Notes: a model not told the origin generated them from the letters alone. Shown: positions 1 through 13,148, numbered from the stretch's first letter. The stretch: DNA of 64,000 nucleotides from Octopus bimaculoides (GCF_001194135.2 NC_069004.1:34878986-34942985); one strand, 5' to 3'. Made by a program: numbers and translations.

Positions 1-241
1 CTAATGACTGAGAAAAAAAAAGATAACATCTAGATCTTTCAATTTAATAATCGAACAAGTTCGAATTCTTTTTTTTTTTTTTTAAATACACTTCGCGACT
101 CACCAGCTATGATAACAATAATCTTTTGATAACACTTTGTGTGTGATTATAATAAACGGATAACTCTGCATGTATATTTTACTGAAGCTATTGGAAAGTT
201 CAGTGCCTCCAGGTATTCGTACCTAGCGCACTATACACAGA

Positions 242-272
<31 letters not shown>

Positions 273-538
273 TGTTTGACAGGGGAAAAAACGTTGTTTT
301 CGTTGCGGCAGACAAGATGAAGGAGAGGATAAATAAAGATGGAGTTAAGAAATATACATCAAACCAGGATAATCCTTTTAATCTATACTTGTACATTCTT
401 CTTTGATCTGTTAGTTCTCGATGGAAAGGTCTAGAATACATACCTGCAAGAAGAAAGAAGACGGAAAGAGTATGAGAAAAACAATGAAACAAGACTTGTA
501 GTAAATTTGTTTATTTATATTATTTATACAGGTATGAG

Positions 539-571
<33 letters not shown>

Positions 572-919
572 NNNNNNNNNNNNNNNNNNNNNNNNNNNNN
601 NNNNNNNNNNNNNNNNNNNNNNNNNNNNNNNNNNNNNNNNNNNNNNNNNNNNNNNNNNNNNNNNNNNNNNNNNNNNNNNNNNNNNNNNNNNNNNNNNNNN
701 NNNNNNNNNNNNNNNNNNNNNNNNNNNNNNNNNNNNNNNNNNNNNNNNNNNNNNNNNNNNNNNNNNNNNNNNNTATACGCATGCGTGAGTGTTCATATGT
801 TAGTGTTTATATATATACATACACGCGTATGTATGTGTGTGTGTGTGTATGATTGTGTGTGTTTAAGTGCGCTAGTAAATATGTGTACGATATGTAACTT
901 TTAATATTTTAGATTAAAT

Positions 920-982
<63 letters not shown>

Positions 983-1310
983 ACTATGATAAAGTAATTG
1001 TAAACAAAGCCAACATTTATATCAAATTGACGTTTGTTTTATCAACTGAATACAGGTATACTTCTATACACAAATAACACACACACATGACTATATGTAT
1101 ATATACGTGTGCGTGTACTAATCTATTTATGCAAAAACAGAGGAGTGATGGTAGACAATGGTTAGAAATTGTCGAGTACAGAACTCAATAATCTAAATAT
1201 GATATGCAGTGAAATATTCATAATTTATAAAATAAATATCTTTTACAAATATAATAAAAAGTCTAAAACCTGACAATTTTAACCAATAGAATAATTCAAA
1301 CTGTCTGAAG

Positions 1311-1452
1311 CGTCGAACAAATCGACCACAGAAATTATTTCTTAAGCCTCGCACTTATCTGTCGGACTCTGTTGCCGAAGCTCTAAGTTAAGCGGCTTAA
1401 ACGCACCAATACCGGTTGTCAAGTAATGAAGGGGGAACGAACAGACACAAAG

Positions 1453-1483
<31 letters not shown>

Positions 1484-1514
1484 CTGCTGAGAAGCAAGCT
1501 TCTTACCACAGCCA
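1311..1514 (-). mobile_element. tRNA-derived SINE, family B (partial)
   Basis: Reverse complement matches the 9991-10400 copy (TGGCTGTGGTAAGAAGCTTGCTT head, internal CA/TA microsatellite, TTGACAACCGGTATTGGTG, GGTCGATTTGTTCGAC). Confidence 0.8.
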
Positions 1515-2298
1515 ACAAGACCAAATTTTATAAAACTGAACGATAAAATTGATTATTAAATTACTCTTTACCACTGTGATTCCCGAATTCGCGGAAGAAC
1601 GGTTATATTAATTTCCCACCCGAAAATCAACTGCTGCCTTCTTGCTAGCCGTACGGGAGGGTTAGTGTAAATTTTGCTTGACTTTTTGAAACCCTGTTTC
1701 CGTTATACACACACACATATATATATATATATATATTTATATATACACGACACACGCCAGTTCATATAAGAGAATTTGATGTATATATACGCTCAACAAA
1801 GGAAAATGAAACGAATGGCCAAGAAGAACTCTGCTCGTTGATCATAAATCTGACACTTGATACAAAAGAAACATTGAACAATTAAAGATTCATTGATTGA
1901 TATCGGATTAAATGCTAAAGAATAAACTAATTGATTGGTTGACGTATTTATTGTGTTTGATTAATACTTAGATCTCGCTAGCAACGAAAGTTGCGTTACT
2001 AAGGAGTTTCATTTATTGATGTAAGGACAAATAAGACTTTGAGCGGAAATACAGCAAATTGAACACACACACACACACACATGCATGTGTGTGTGTATTT
2101 ATATATACACATACATATATACATTCCTGTATGTGTATATATATATGTATATATGTATAAAAGGAAACACACACATATACACCTACCTATAGATATATAC
2201 ATAATATTTCCAAGCATATAAACATATATATATGCACATATACAGATATATATATATGCGCTAACATATACATAGAAACGTATATTATACACACACAA

Positions 2299-2335
<37 letters not shown>

Positions 2336-2965
2336 ACATTTAGCCAGCCGTATATATATATCTACACACACATACAGACGTCTGTGTGTGTGTGTGTGTG
2401 TGTGTTTGCATCTATTTATGTAGATACATTGTTGTTAAAAATGGTCAACAAGCTGAATTCACAAACAGAAGGTGGTAGGTTCGAAACCGCTGCGTGGTAT
2501 CTTGGAAATATGCCCTTTTAATTGCATTGTACATTTGATTAAAAAAAGAAAAAGAAAACAGTCAAAGCTCCAGCCTTGTAATATATAGCGTCATGTTGAT
2601 CTTGCCTGATGGTTAAGGTAACACACCAATATCAAATATTCAGGCCCTCATATACATTAATACAGAAGCAGGTTTTTCAATTAATCGAACGATTGCATCT
2701 GCAACATCGAACGACGGGGAGCGAGCTTATATATATGAGAGAGAGAGAGAGAAACTAATGTGTGTGTGTGTGTGTGTGTGCGTGTATTATATATATATGT
2801 GTGTGTTTGTATTATATATATGTGTGTGTGTGTTTGATGAAGACGTGCGTAGCATAGAAGTTCTTATTTTGCCTGAAAATGATGAATTTACCATCACAGT
2901 AGACTCAATGAATATTTAACCAGGAGTTAGAAACTTTTAAAGTTATGACAATTGTCTAACACACA

Positions 2966-2999
<34 letters not shown>

Positions 3000-3107
3000 G
3001 TTAACTGATGTATGTATATATTAAACAAAATATATTACACAAAACAGATGCCATCATCGTACTTTATCATTCACAGCACATGTATTGTTCTGCCTGTCAC
3101 AAGAGAT

Positions 3108-3197
<90 letters not shown>

Positions 3198-3486
3198 GAG
3201 AGACAGAATGTATGCATAATGTATGTGTGTATGAAAGTATGTCTGCATAATGTATATGTATGTGTATATGTGCATGTATGTATATGTCAGAGTGAATGCG
3301 CGCGCGTGGAGTGGTACTAGACGTAATTCGAAGTCGTTCAACAACAGTTCGTCCTCTGGAAGACTGTTGTCAATACATTGTTTCTTGTCCTCTTATAGGC
3401 GTGTGTGGGTGAGTGTACTCTCACACACACACACACAAATCTTTTGTGTACAGATAGATGTACGAATGCTTCCTGTGAGTCTAGAG

Positions 3487-3968
3487 CAGGGGCTCTCAAC
3501 CATTTTCTGCCCATGAGCACCTTTGAATCCCATTTTACCCGGGTGGACCCCGTAGCTATTCAATTTTTAAAAACTGCTATTATATCTTCAGAATTAAATA
3601 TCATCAGGAATTATTTTGTGGGAGGATTCCGACCATACCACAAATGACTAAAAGTGGACGGACACATTGCTATATAAAAAAAAAAAAACTGTGAGCAATT
3701 GAGGGGAAGCAATTCACTGCGGGCTTCTTTCAGTTTCCGTCTACCAAATCCATTCAAAAGGCTTTGGTCGGCCCGAGGTTACAGTAGAAGATACTAGAGC
3801 AGTGTTCCACGCAGTGGGATTGAACTCGGAACCATAGCCACTCCTACGAATTGGTCTTAAACACAGTTCTTACATGGCTCCTGAAAGACTACCGAGGACC
3901 CCCAATTTACTATATTGCATCGTGCCCCCACCACCAACTATTATATGGGCCCTAATTGCGAACCCCTA
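3487..3968. mobile_element. Non-autonomous hAT (Charlie-type) MITE
   Basis: Starts CAGGGGCTCTCAAC and ends ATTGCGAACCCCTA (10/14 match as an inverted repeat). Flanked by an 8-bp near-duplication, GTCTAGAG (3479-3486) and GTCTAAAG (3969-3976), fitting the Charlie NTCTAGAN target. Confidence 0.8.
3719..3842 (-). mobile_element. SINE family B 5' part nested inside the hAT MITE
   Basis: GGGCTTCTTTCAGTTTCCGTCTACCAAATCC...GCTTTGGTCGGCCCGAGG...ACGCAGTGGGATTGAAC is the reverse complement of the family B head. Confidence 0.85.
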
Positions 3969-4628
3969 GTCTAAAGATTCATGCAGATTTTCTTCCTCCA
4001 GTCTGCTTCCGGTATATTGGTCTGGTTACTTCTCTGTTTAGTATTATTACTGTTCAAGATATACAAATCAAATGTTCTAGGAACATCAGGTGCTGTCGTT
4101 CAAAACCACCACAAGGGTGAAACGTGCGTAAGGAACAAATGATTATAAACTATATCTAGATGAGATGGCGGATGTATTGGCGAAGTAATGCACCAATCAG
4201 AAATAAGCTGTTGTTTGGTAAGTATATACTTCCATTAACAATTACGCTAATGTGGACTTAGCCATTTGACAAACAGAATTCAAAGGAAAATGTAGAGACT
4301 AAGTAATGTGATCGATGTTATCGATTAACACAGCTGAAAATGACCGCTGTTCAAACAGATCGATACAAAACAAAAATGACTGAACCTAGAAGGATTCTTC
4401 CTGTTGTGTATAGAGAATCCTGGCAGCGTGTAACAGCGTATGTAAATGGAAAGAGAGAGGGGGGAGGGAGAAGGACAGGATTAAGGACAACAAAAACATC
4501 GAAGGCATTGATCTGTTCTGATCTGTTCTATAAACTGTTTCATTTTAACATGAAACGCTTCCGATAGCAACCTTGGCACTGGGTATGTACTAACAGATCC
4601 ACATCAATGCAAACAGGCACACATACTT

Positions 4629-4630
<2 letters not shown>

Positions 4631-4720
<90 letters not shown>

Positions 4721-4745
4721 TAGATAGATAGATAGATAGACAAAG

Positions 4746-4784
<39 letters not shown>

Positions 4785-4793
4785 CAGACAAAG

Positions 4794-4850
<57 letters not shown>
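4631..4850. repeat. Compound (CAGA)n-(TAGA)n tetranucleotide microsatellite
   Basis: Directly visible; source of the spurious LSVC/LSIY ORF 4540-4791. Confidence 0.97.
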
Positions 4851-5196
4851 TTTGTTTTAATGTCCAGTTATAATGGAAGCAATTTTACATTAATCTAATG
4901 GGTTACTCTATACTTTTGCGGAGAACAAACGCATTACCCTTTTACAAGGATGTTGTTGACAGAGACTACACAGTCCAACGATGGACTAACTGGCCAAACT
5001 TGTAAGTCAAAGTCGACAACATCATAAGAATTTTATATATGTTTGTGTGTGTGTGTGTGTTAAGGCTACCATTGGTCTCATGTTGAGTAAAATATCTTAA
5101 TATTAATAAAGGAATGGTGTTCGTCTGAATTTTGAATGAAAACTGCTCCATTAGATATTATATATATAGAGAGAGACAAACAGACAAAATCCATTC

Positions 5197-5252
<56 letters not shown>

Positions 5253-5262
5253 NNNNNNNNNN

Positions 5263-5320
<58 letters not shown>

Positions 5321-5430
5321 GAGAAAGAGAGAAAGAGAGAGAGAGTTTATACACCGTTCACTACTATATACACACTAAACATTGTTATCTGTGTGCATTC
5401 ACTTTGCAATTATTTCTTTTTACTTTTTTT

Positions 5431-5636
5431 CAGTCATTGGGCTGCGACCATGCTGGAGCATCATCTTGAAGGTTTTTGGGTCGAACAAATTGACCCCAGA
5501 ACTTCATTTCTTTAAAGCCTGGCGCTTATTTTATAGGTTTTATTTTTGCCGAACCATTAAGTTATAGAATGTAAACAAACCAGCACCGGTTGTCAAGTGA
5601 TGGTATGGGACAAACAGAAAGCACATCCCCATATAA

Positions 5637-5672
<36 letters not shown>

Positions 5673-5850
5673 GTGTGTGCGTGTGCGTGTGTGTGTGTAG
5701 AGAGAGAGAGAGAGGACGGGCTTCTTTCAGCTTCCGTGTATGAAAGCCAAAGTTTTGATCGGCCCAAAGCTAGAAGGCACTTGACCAAGGTGCGATGCTA
5801 TGAGACTGAACCCTGAACCATGCGGTTAGGAATATGCACTATTTCTACAC
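5431..5850 (-). mobile_element. SINE family B, near full length
   Basis: GCGACCATGCTGGAGCA...GTCGAACAAATTGACCCC...CCGGTTGTCAAG...(GT)n(GA)n...GACGGGCTTCTTTCAG...GACTGAACCCTGAACCATG; collinear with the reverse complement of 9991-10400. Confidence 0.85.
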
Positions 5851-6837
5851 GCACTAAACATTTGCACTTGTGTATATTAATCTCTTGTTATACACCCATA
5901 CAATTATATACAATTCTACACAAAATTCGTACTTTGCATAAAAAGCTCTTCTTCACATCACAGAAAATAGTTATTTGAACCTTTCAGCTTTTTAGTTCCA
6001 TCCCCTCCCCACTCCATGAGAAAAAAAACTGTGATTTGAGGAAGACCAGGGTGCTATTTCTAGAAGAACAGTTAGCTCTGTACAAGCTTTCATCGTGTCT
6101 GTTAAGCAGATATGGATCATGTTGACTTTGAAGATATTGATCTGTTAACAAAATATTTTGCCACGTCAAGGATATAGAAATGATGTTTATCTTGACATAT
6201 ACAAACAGACGGGGGTATATAATTTGACTGCAGCATAGTGTAAGAGAGCGCGTACGTGCGTTTGTATATATATATATATACACACACATGCGTGTGTGCG
6301 TGTATGTGTATAATACATGCATATATGTGTGTGCATAAATGTATGTATATATATGCATATATATAGTAGCTATATGCATTTGTACTTAGAAGTATCTATG
6401 TATATACATTTATATATATCCATACATATATTTATAGACGCGCACATAATGGATGTGTCTACAAGTGAAATGAAAGAGCATTCAACACTTAATAGAGTGC
6501 AGACACATTTGTATTAAGGTTTCGCAGAGAGACAGAATTGGCTCTCGCGGTGCTTACACAATTTGCTAGAAAGACCAGCCAAATCTCCTTCAGATCACAC
6601 ACTGTCGTCGTCTTCCATAATGACACGTTGTATAATGAGAGAGTGAGAGAAATGAGGAGTGAGAGAGATAAAATCAAAAAGGAGGGATACAGAATCGAGA
6701 GACTAATGCAGTGTGTGTGTGTGAGAGAGAGGAAAAGAGACAGATAGTGACTAATAATCGAAGCAGAGAGGGAAGGAGATAGAGAGGGGGAGAGAAACAA
6801 TGAGAAAGGAAAAGACAAAGAGAGAGACAGAGATAGT

Positions 6838-6938
<101 letters not shown>

Positions 6939-7476
6939 TACAGAGAGCGAGAAAACACCGTGTGTAAGAGACAATGGAAGACCCATGTATGTATGTATGT
7001 ATGTATATATATATCAACGTATTTGTTTTGGGTGTCGTGACAACGCTATGAAAACACAAACGAGTACAAGTGTCAATATCACATTCCATGTTGGTCACGT
7101 GACTGGTTTCCACGTGGCTGTTCTATCGGTGATGGTGGGGGCGGTAAAACATCAGAACTGATCTCCCAGGCAGCGCATCTGCCGTTCATTTTCCCTTCCC
7201 CAACTCCATCACCCGTAATTCCTTCCTCCATATTTCTTCTCCTTCTTCTTCTTCTCCTCCTCCTTCGTGCTCCCTCTTCTAATATTTCCTTCCATATGTC
7301 ACAACTATACATTTTCGTGTCAACCCAGCCTTTCGTTTCAGCCCTCCATATTTCAATTTCGTGTATATGTGCTTCAACAAACACACGTCTGCATATATCG
7401 GCCCATAAATACTGTTCGTACATTCACACGCGCGTACTATATGTGTGTGCGTGTGTGTATGTGCGTATATGTATGC

Positions 7477-7530
<54 letters not shown>

Positions 7531-7959
7531 NNNNNNNNNNNNNNNNNNNNNNNNNNNNNNNNNNNNNNNNNNNNNNNNNNNNNNNNNNNNNNNNNNNNNN
7601 NNNNNNNNNNNNNNNNNNNNNNNNNNNNNNNNNNNNNNNNNNNNNNNNNNNNNNNNNNNNNNNNNNNNNNNNNNNNNNNNNNNNNNNNNNNNNNNNNNNN
7701 NNNNNNNNNNNNNNNNNNNNNNNNNNNNNNNNNNNNNNNNNNNNNNNNNNNNNNNNNNNNNNNNNNNNNNNNNNNNNNNNNNNNNNNNNNNNNNNNNNNN
7801 NNNNNNNNNNNNNNNNNNNNNNNNNNNNNNNNNNNNNNNNNNNNNNNNNNNNNNNNNNNNNNNNNNNNNNNNNNNNNNNNNNNNNNNNNNNNNNNNNNNN
7901 NNNNNNNNNNNNNNNNNNNNNNNNNNNNNNNNNNNNNNNNNNNNNNNNNNNNNNNNNNN

Positions 7960-8012
<53 letters not shown>

Positions 8013-8996
8013 ATATACAAAAGCTAGGAATATGTGCGGAGAGAGAGAGAGAAAGACAGAGAGATGGTAAGGAAGAATAGGCGAGGTCTAAAAATACTCA
8101 TAATAATAGTTTTTGTTAAAAATCGAAATTAATGTTGATTTGTCATGTAATGTTCCCAAGTTCAACTCCAGTTGTTTCACAAAAAAACAATTTTAATATT
8201 TTTACTGTTAAAAAATATTTTTTTAAATCTACAAATCTTTTAAAATATTTTTGTTTTGTTATATTTGTAAAATTTTCTTACTTGTGATTTTTGTATTTAT
8301 TTATTTTTTGTATTTGTTTATTTATTTATTTAATCAGGGTATTTTCTTTTCTTTATTGTCCACAATGATTGTTAAGTTTGTTTATGGTTGTGATGATGAT
8401 GACGATGTTGATGTTTGGGGTGATGATGATGATAATGATGATGGTAGTGGTGGATGTTGTGGCGATCATGATTGAAATTTGTGCAAAAGGGATGACGATA
8501 TTTGATGGGTTATGATGATGGTGATGGTGATGATGATGGTGGTTGTAGTGATGATGATGGNNNNNNNNNNNNNNNNNNNNNNNNNNNNNNNNNNNNNNNN
8601 NNNNNNNNNNNNNNNNNNNNNNNNNNNNNNNNNNNNNNNNNNNNNNNNNNNNNNNNNNNNNNNNNNNNNNNNNNNNNNNNNNNNNNNNNNNNNNNNNNNN
8701 NNNNNNNNNNNNNNNNNNNNNNNNNNNNNNNNNNNNNNNNNNNNNNNNNNNNNNNNNNNNNNNNNNNNNNNNNNNNNNNNNNNNNNNNNNNNNNNNNNNN
8801 NNNNNNNNNNNNNNNNNNNNNNNNNNNNNNNNNNNNNNNNNNNNNNNNNNNNNNNNNNNNNNNNNNNNNNNNNNNNNNNNNNNNNNNNNNNNNNNNNNNN
8901 NNNNNNNNNNNNNNNNNNNNNNNNNNNNNNNNNNNNNNNNNNNNNNNNNNNNNNNNNNNNNNNNNNNNNNNNNNNNNNNNNNNNNNNNNNNNNNNG

Positions 8997-9099
<103 letters not shown>

Positions 9100-9990
9100 T
9101 GCTGTTGTTGTTGTTGTTGTCTTGTTGTTATGGTTGCGGTCGATTAAGAATGTGTGGATTTAGAAGGAATTTCAAAATATGGCGTTATTTTAAAACAACA
9201 AGAAAGAAAGAAAGAAAGAAAGAAATTGAGACAGACAGCCAGACAGAAAAAAAAAACAGAGAGAGAGAAGGAAAAAAAGAAAGACAAAGAAAAACAAAGA
9301 CGGAAAGTGAGAAAGAGGAAAAGACAGAGGAAGATAAAAGGAGAGAGAGGTGAGAAAGACAGAGAGAACGACAAAGAAAGAGAGAAAGAAAGTAAGGTGG
9401 AAAGAAAATTAAATTGAAATATTAAAATTTTAATGGTCAGCCATCTTTTTTTCATGCACCATGCACTGGTGCACCATTCCCAGAATGCACTAGTGCACTT
9501 TGCCCAGAATGCATTGGTGCATCTCAGAACTTATCCACCATTGCACACGCCCGCGCTATTCCAACCGAAATGCTCTTAATTTATGGTCGAAAATTACATC
9601 CGCACATAACTACAGCGGCGATGAGGAGGATGATGATGATGGTAGTGATGATAAAGACGGTTAAGATGATGACGATGGTGATGACAACGACCACGAAGAC
9701 GACTGCGATAATAGTGATGGTTATAGTGATGGTTATAGTGATGGTGATGATGATATAGTCGCAAAAGTTTTAGCAAGGGTAGAATCGATTAAATCGACAC
9801 ACGTACACTCACCACAGATTCCTTATTCGAACCACCCGATCTGCTAGAAATACCAGCCAATTCTTAATGTTTTCTGCAATTCAATTGTCGATCCAAGCAG
9901 GCTTTACTTCGATCAGTTTTTTCTTCTTCCGGTCGACTTTTCGATGAAATTGTATTTCGATCAACTGATTTTAACGAATAAATATACCCA

Positions 9991-10400
9991 AGCATGGCTG
10001 TGTGATGAGACGTATGCTTCCCAACTACATAGTTTCGGGTTCATTCCCACTGCGTGGCACCTTGGGCAAGTGTCTTCTACTATTGCCTCGGGCCGACCAA
10101 AGCCTTGTGAATGGATTTGGTAGACGGAAACTGAAAGAAGCCCGTCGTATATATAACTATATGTGCATCTGTGTTTATCTCCCACCACCGCTGGACAACC
10201 GGCGTTGGTGTCTTAACATCCCAGTCACTTAGCGGTTTGGCAAAAGAAAACAACAGAATAAGTACCAGAATAAGTACCAGGGTCCCTGGAGCCTGGTACT
10301 TATTCTGGTGTCACCAGTGTCGCTTCATTCGACAAAAACATTCGAGGTGGTGCTCCAGCATGGCCGCAGTCTAACGACAAACAAGTGAAGTCTAAGATAA
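9991..10400 (+). mobile_element. SINE family B, near full length (reference copy)
   Basis: tRNA-like head with A-box-like TGGCTGTGTGATG and B-box-like GGTTCATTCCC, then GCACCTTGGGCAAGTGTC...GGTAGACGGAAACTGAAAGAAGCCCGTCGT...GGTGCTCCAGCATGGCCGCAGTC; many copies elsewhere in the window. Confidence 0.9.
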
Positions 10401-10632
10401 AATACATTTATCTCATAACAGAATTTGTAATTCCATTCTTAACCGAAAATAAATCCTGCTATTTTTGCTGCACATTGCGATTATAAGTAAAATTTTGAGT
10501 AGCAGACAATGAAGTTTTTCCCCACAAAATCTTGTGTCCCTGATTTTGGAAAAGGTTCCGTTTCACAGCTTTGGGTTACGAGCTCAACAAAGTACGGCTC
10601 TCGGGTCACTTTTGGTCAGCTGGCTTTAATTC

Positions 10633-10846
10633 GTTTCTACTCTTGGCACAATGCCCGAAATTTTGGGGGAGCGGGAGCCAGTCGATTAGATCAACTCCAG
10701 TACGTAACTAGTACTTAATTTATCGATCTCGAAAGGATGAAAGGCAAAGTCGACCTCGGTGGAATTTGAACTCAGAACGTAACGGCAGACGAAGTACCAC
10801 TCAGCATTTCGCCCGGCGTGCTAACGATTCTGGCAGCTCGCCGCCT
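10633..10846 (-). mobile_element. SINE family A, full length with 17-bp TSD
   Basis: Reverse complement reads AGGCGGCGAGCTGCCAGAATCGTTAGCACGCC...GTTCTGAGTTCAAATTCC...GGTCGACTTTGCCTTTCATCC. Flanked by identical TCAGCTGGCTTTAATTC at 10616-10632 and 10847-10863. Confidence 0.92.
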
Positions 10847-11379
10847 TCAGCTGGCTTTAATTCATATGTGACAATGCATACAACAATTCTTTGCTTTACC
10901 TAATTTTGGTCAAAGAACAATAAACGGGTACAACGAAAAACAGAGCACAAAAATGTCATTTTTGGCAACAGCTTCAAATGAACCAATGACTTCATACTAA
11001 ATATAAACAGAGAAAGATTTTTACTGGGTAAGTTACTCCAGCAATAAATTCCTTCGCCTTCCTAGAGACCAACAACGTCTCATGCGTTGTCACAATATTT
11101 TTTTTTTATTTAAGAACCCTTCTGATTTCTGTTTTATTCGGGTAGCCCCTTATAGCCGTTCGATGTTTACAATAATCCCTATATATGTTTAGAACCAAAT
11201 ATTATTAGGAATTACATTAAAAAGAAAAAAATTATGATATTCGGTATATTGTACAAGCAATTTATTGCACTTAAATTTCACCAAAAAAGTTTTCTATAGA
11301 CCCCACCAAGGGTCATGTACACTCCGTTAAGAACCACTGGCTTAAGTGAATAAGGAACTCTAAAAAGAAAAAAAAGGAG

Positions 11380-11412
<33 letters not shown>

Positions 11413-11877
11413 ATGTTTACATGTTTGTTGAGGAAGAAGGTAAAAGTGGCTGATATCACATTTACCCTGGAGCTGCAATTGCTTGCTTCCAGTCTAATTA
11501 AAGATATCTTATCTCTTCACAACACGCCGTATCATCTGTGGTGGAGGATACCCTTATTGAATTTATAGCAAATTCTTCCCTTAAAACAGGCGATGTTTCA
11601 AAAGAGAAATATTTCTGCTTCTTATAGCTTTGAGCTACATATATATATATACACTTTTTATTTATTCACTCCAGCTTGCAAGATATAAAAACTATTTCCA
11701 ATCCAGCCCAGCCCACCACTAAAACTATTTGGTGTCGTGCTATAACTGGCAAATCATGAGACCCGGCTCTCAACCATTCTTGCTGTCAACGGTCTCAAAG
11801 ACTTCTAATAAAAATAGAATTGTTGTTGTTGTTAGTGGTGGCGGTCTTGTTATTTGTGGTAGAGGTCGTGGTGGTGG

Positions 11878-12260
11878 TGCTGTTGAACTCCAGATCAAGC
11901 ATCGGTGTGCAGACTTATGATCAAAGACCTTCCAGATATGACTGTCCTTTCCTTTCTTGTAAAGAATAATGGAGTCCGTCCAAGACTACATTATCTAACG
12001 TGCTCTTTGAATTTTAGAATTAGGGAGACATAGGCTACAATTTCCAGCATATAGAGTAACCACATAACGGCTTCCTTTTTTTTTGGTTTGTTTCCTCATT
12101 TAACCCCAGGATATCTCTACAGGATTAGGTTTATGGTCAAAGACGTTCCATCTATGACCATTTCGTATTGTTTTCCAGATACACATTATCTAATTTGTCC
12201 TTCCTTTTCTTAAGACGATAGTGTGGGAATAGCTGGAGATTTGGCTGCTATTTCCAGGTG
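11878..12260 (-). repeat. Unclassified interspersed repeat family C (two partial copies)
   Basis: (GTT)n...CAGACTTATGATCAAAGACCTTCCAG...GACTACATTATC...GGAGATTTGGCTGCTATTTCC; the same motif order recurs at about 16490-16845, 18255-18430, 22270-22365, 34541-34685 and 40640-41135. Confidence 0.7.
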
Positions 12261-12384
12261 GACTGATATATGACAAATATTCACTTAGAAATAAGTGTTT
12301 CCATCGTAGATAGAAGGTGTGAAATTTAGTGGGAGATGTGCAGAGGTTGGTTGATTATATTGGCCCTAGTATATTACTGCTACT

Positions 12385-12480
12385 TTATTTTATCGATCCC
12401 TGCGTTGGACGAAAAGTAAAGTTGACCTCGGCAGGATTTGAACTCAAAACGTTAAAGAGCCGTAACGATTCTGTCAATCC
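12385..12480 (-). mobile_element. SINE family A fragment
   Basis: TTTTATCGATCCC...GTAAAGTTGACCTCGGCAGGATTTGAACTCAAAACGT. Confidence 0.75.
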
Positions 12481-12531
12481 ATAAGGCATAATAACATGAC
12501 TGAATGACTATGACGATGATGATGGTTGTGT

Positions 12532-12574
<43 letters not shown>

Positions 12575-12972
12575 GAGGAGGAGGAGGAGGAGGAGGGTGT
12601 GTATCCATGTATATTATATAGTGATGCGCATGTGGGTAAGTGGTAATGTGTATACTTGTGTAGTACTGTGTGTGTAATGAAGTGTAGGTAATTCTGTGTG
12701 TATATGTGTGTGTATATATGTAGAGTGTGTGTATATATGCAGAGTGTGTGTATGTATTTAGTGATGGTATATGTGTATATTTAGGAGTGTGTGTGTGTGT
12801 GTATACGTGCGTGAGTGTTGCATTGTGTATATGTCTATAGTTGTGTGTGTATATATGCAGTAATATATATGTGATGAAATTGTGTGCATTAATGCATGTG
12901 TAGAGGGAGACGTGTGTATATATACATAGTGGTGGGCGTATGTATACTGATCTGTGCGTTTAGTGTCTAGAG

Positions 12973-13022
<50 letters not shown>

Positions 13023-13148
13023 NNNNNNNNNNNNNNNNNNNNNNNNNNNNNNNNNNNNNNNNNNNNNNNNNNNNNNNNNNNNNNNNNNNNNNNNNNNNNN
13101 NNNNNNNNNNNNNNNNNNNNNNNNNNNNNNNNNNNNNGTATGTGCGTG

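Noticed and set aside
4571-4615. miR-96/miR-263-like seed CTTGGCACTGGG
   Set aside because: Only about 12 nt match from memory, and the flank pairs poorly, so there is no credible precursor.
11300-11345. hAT-like right end GTTAAGAACCACTG
   Set aside because: I could not find a matching left TIR or TSD, so the element cannot be delimited.
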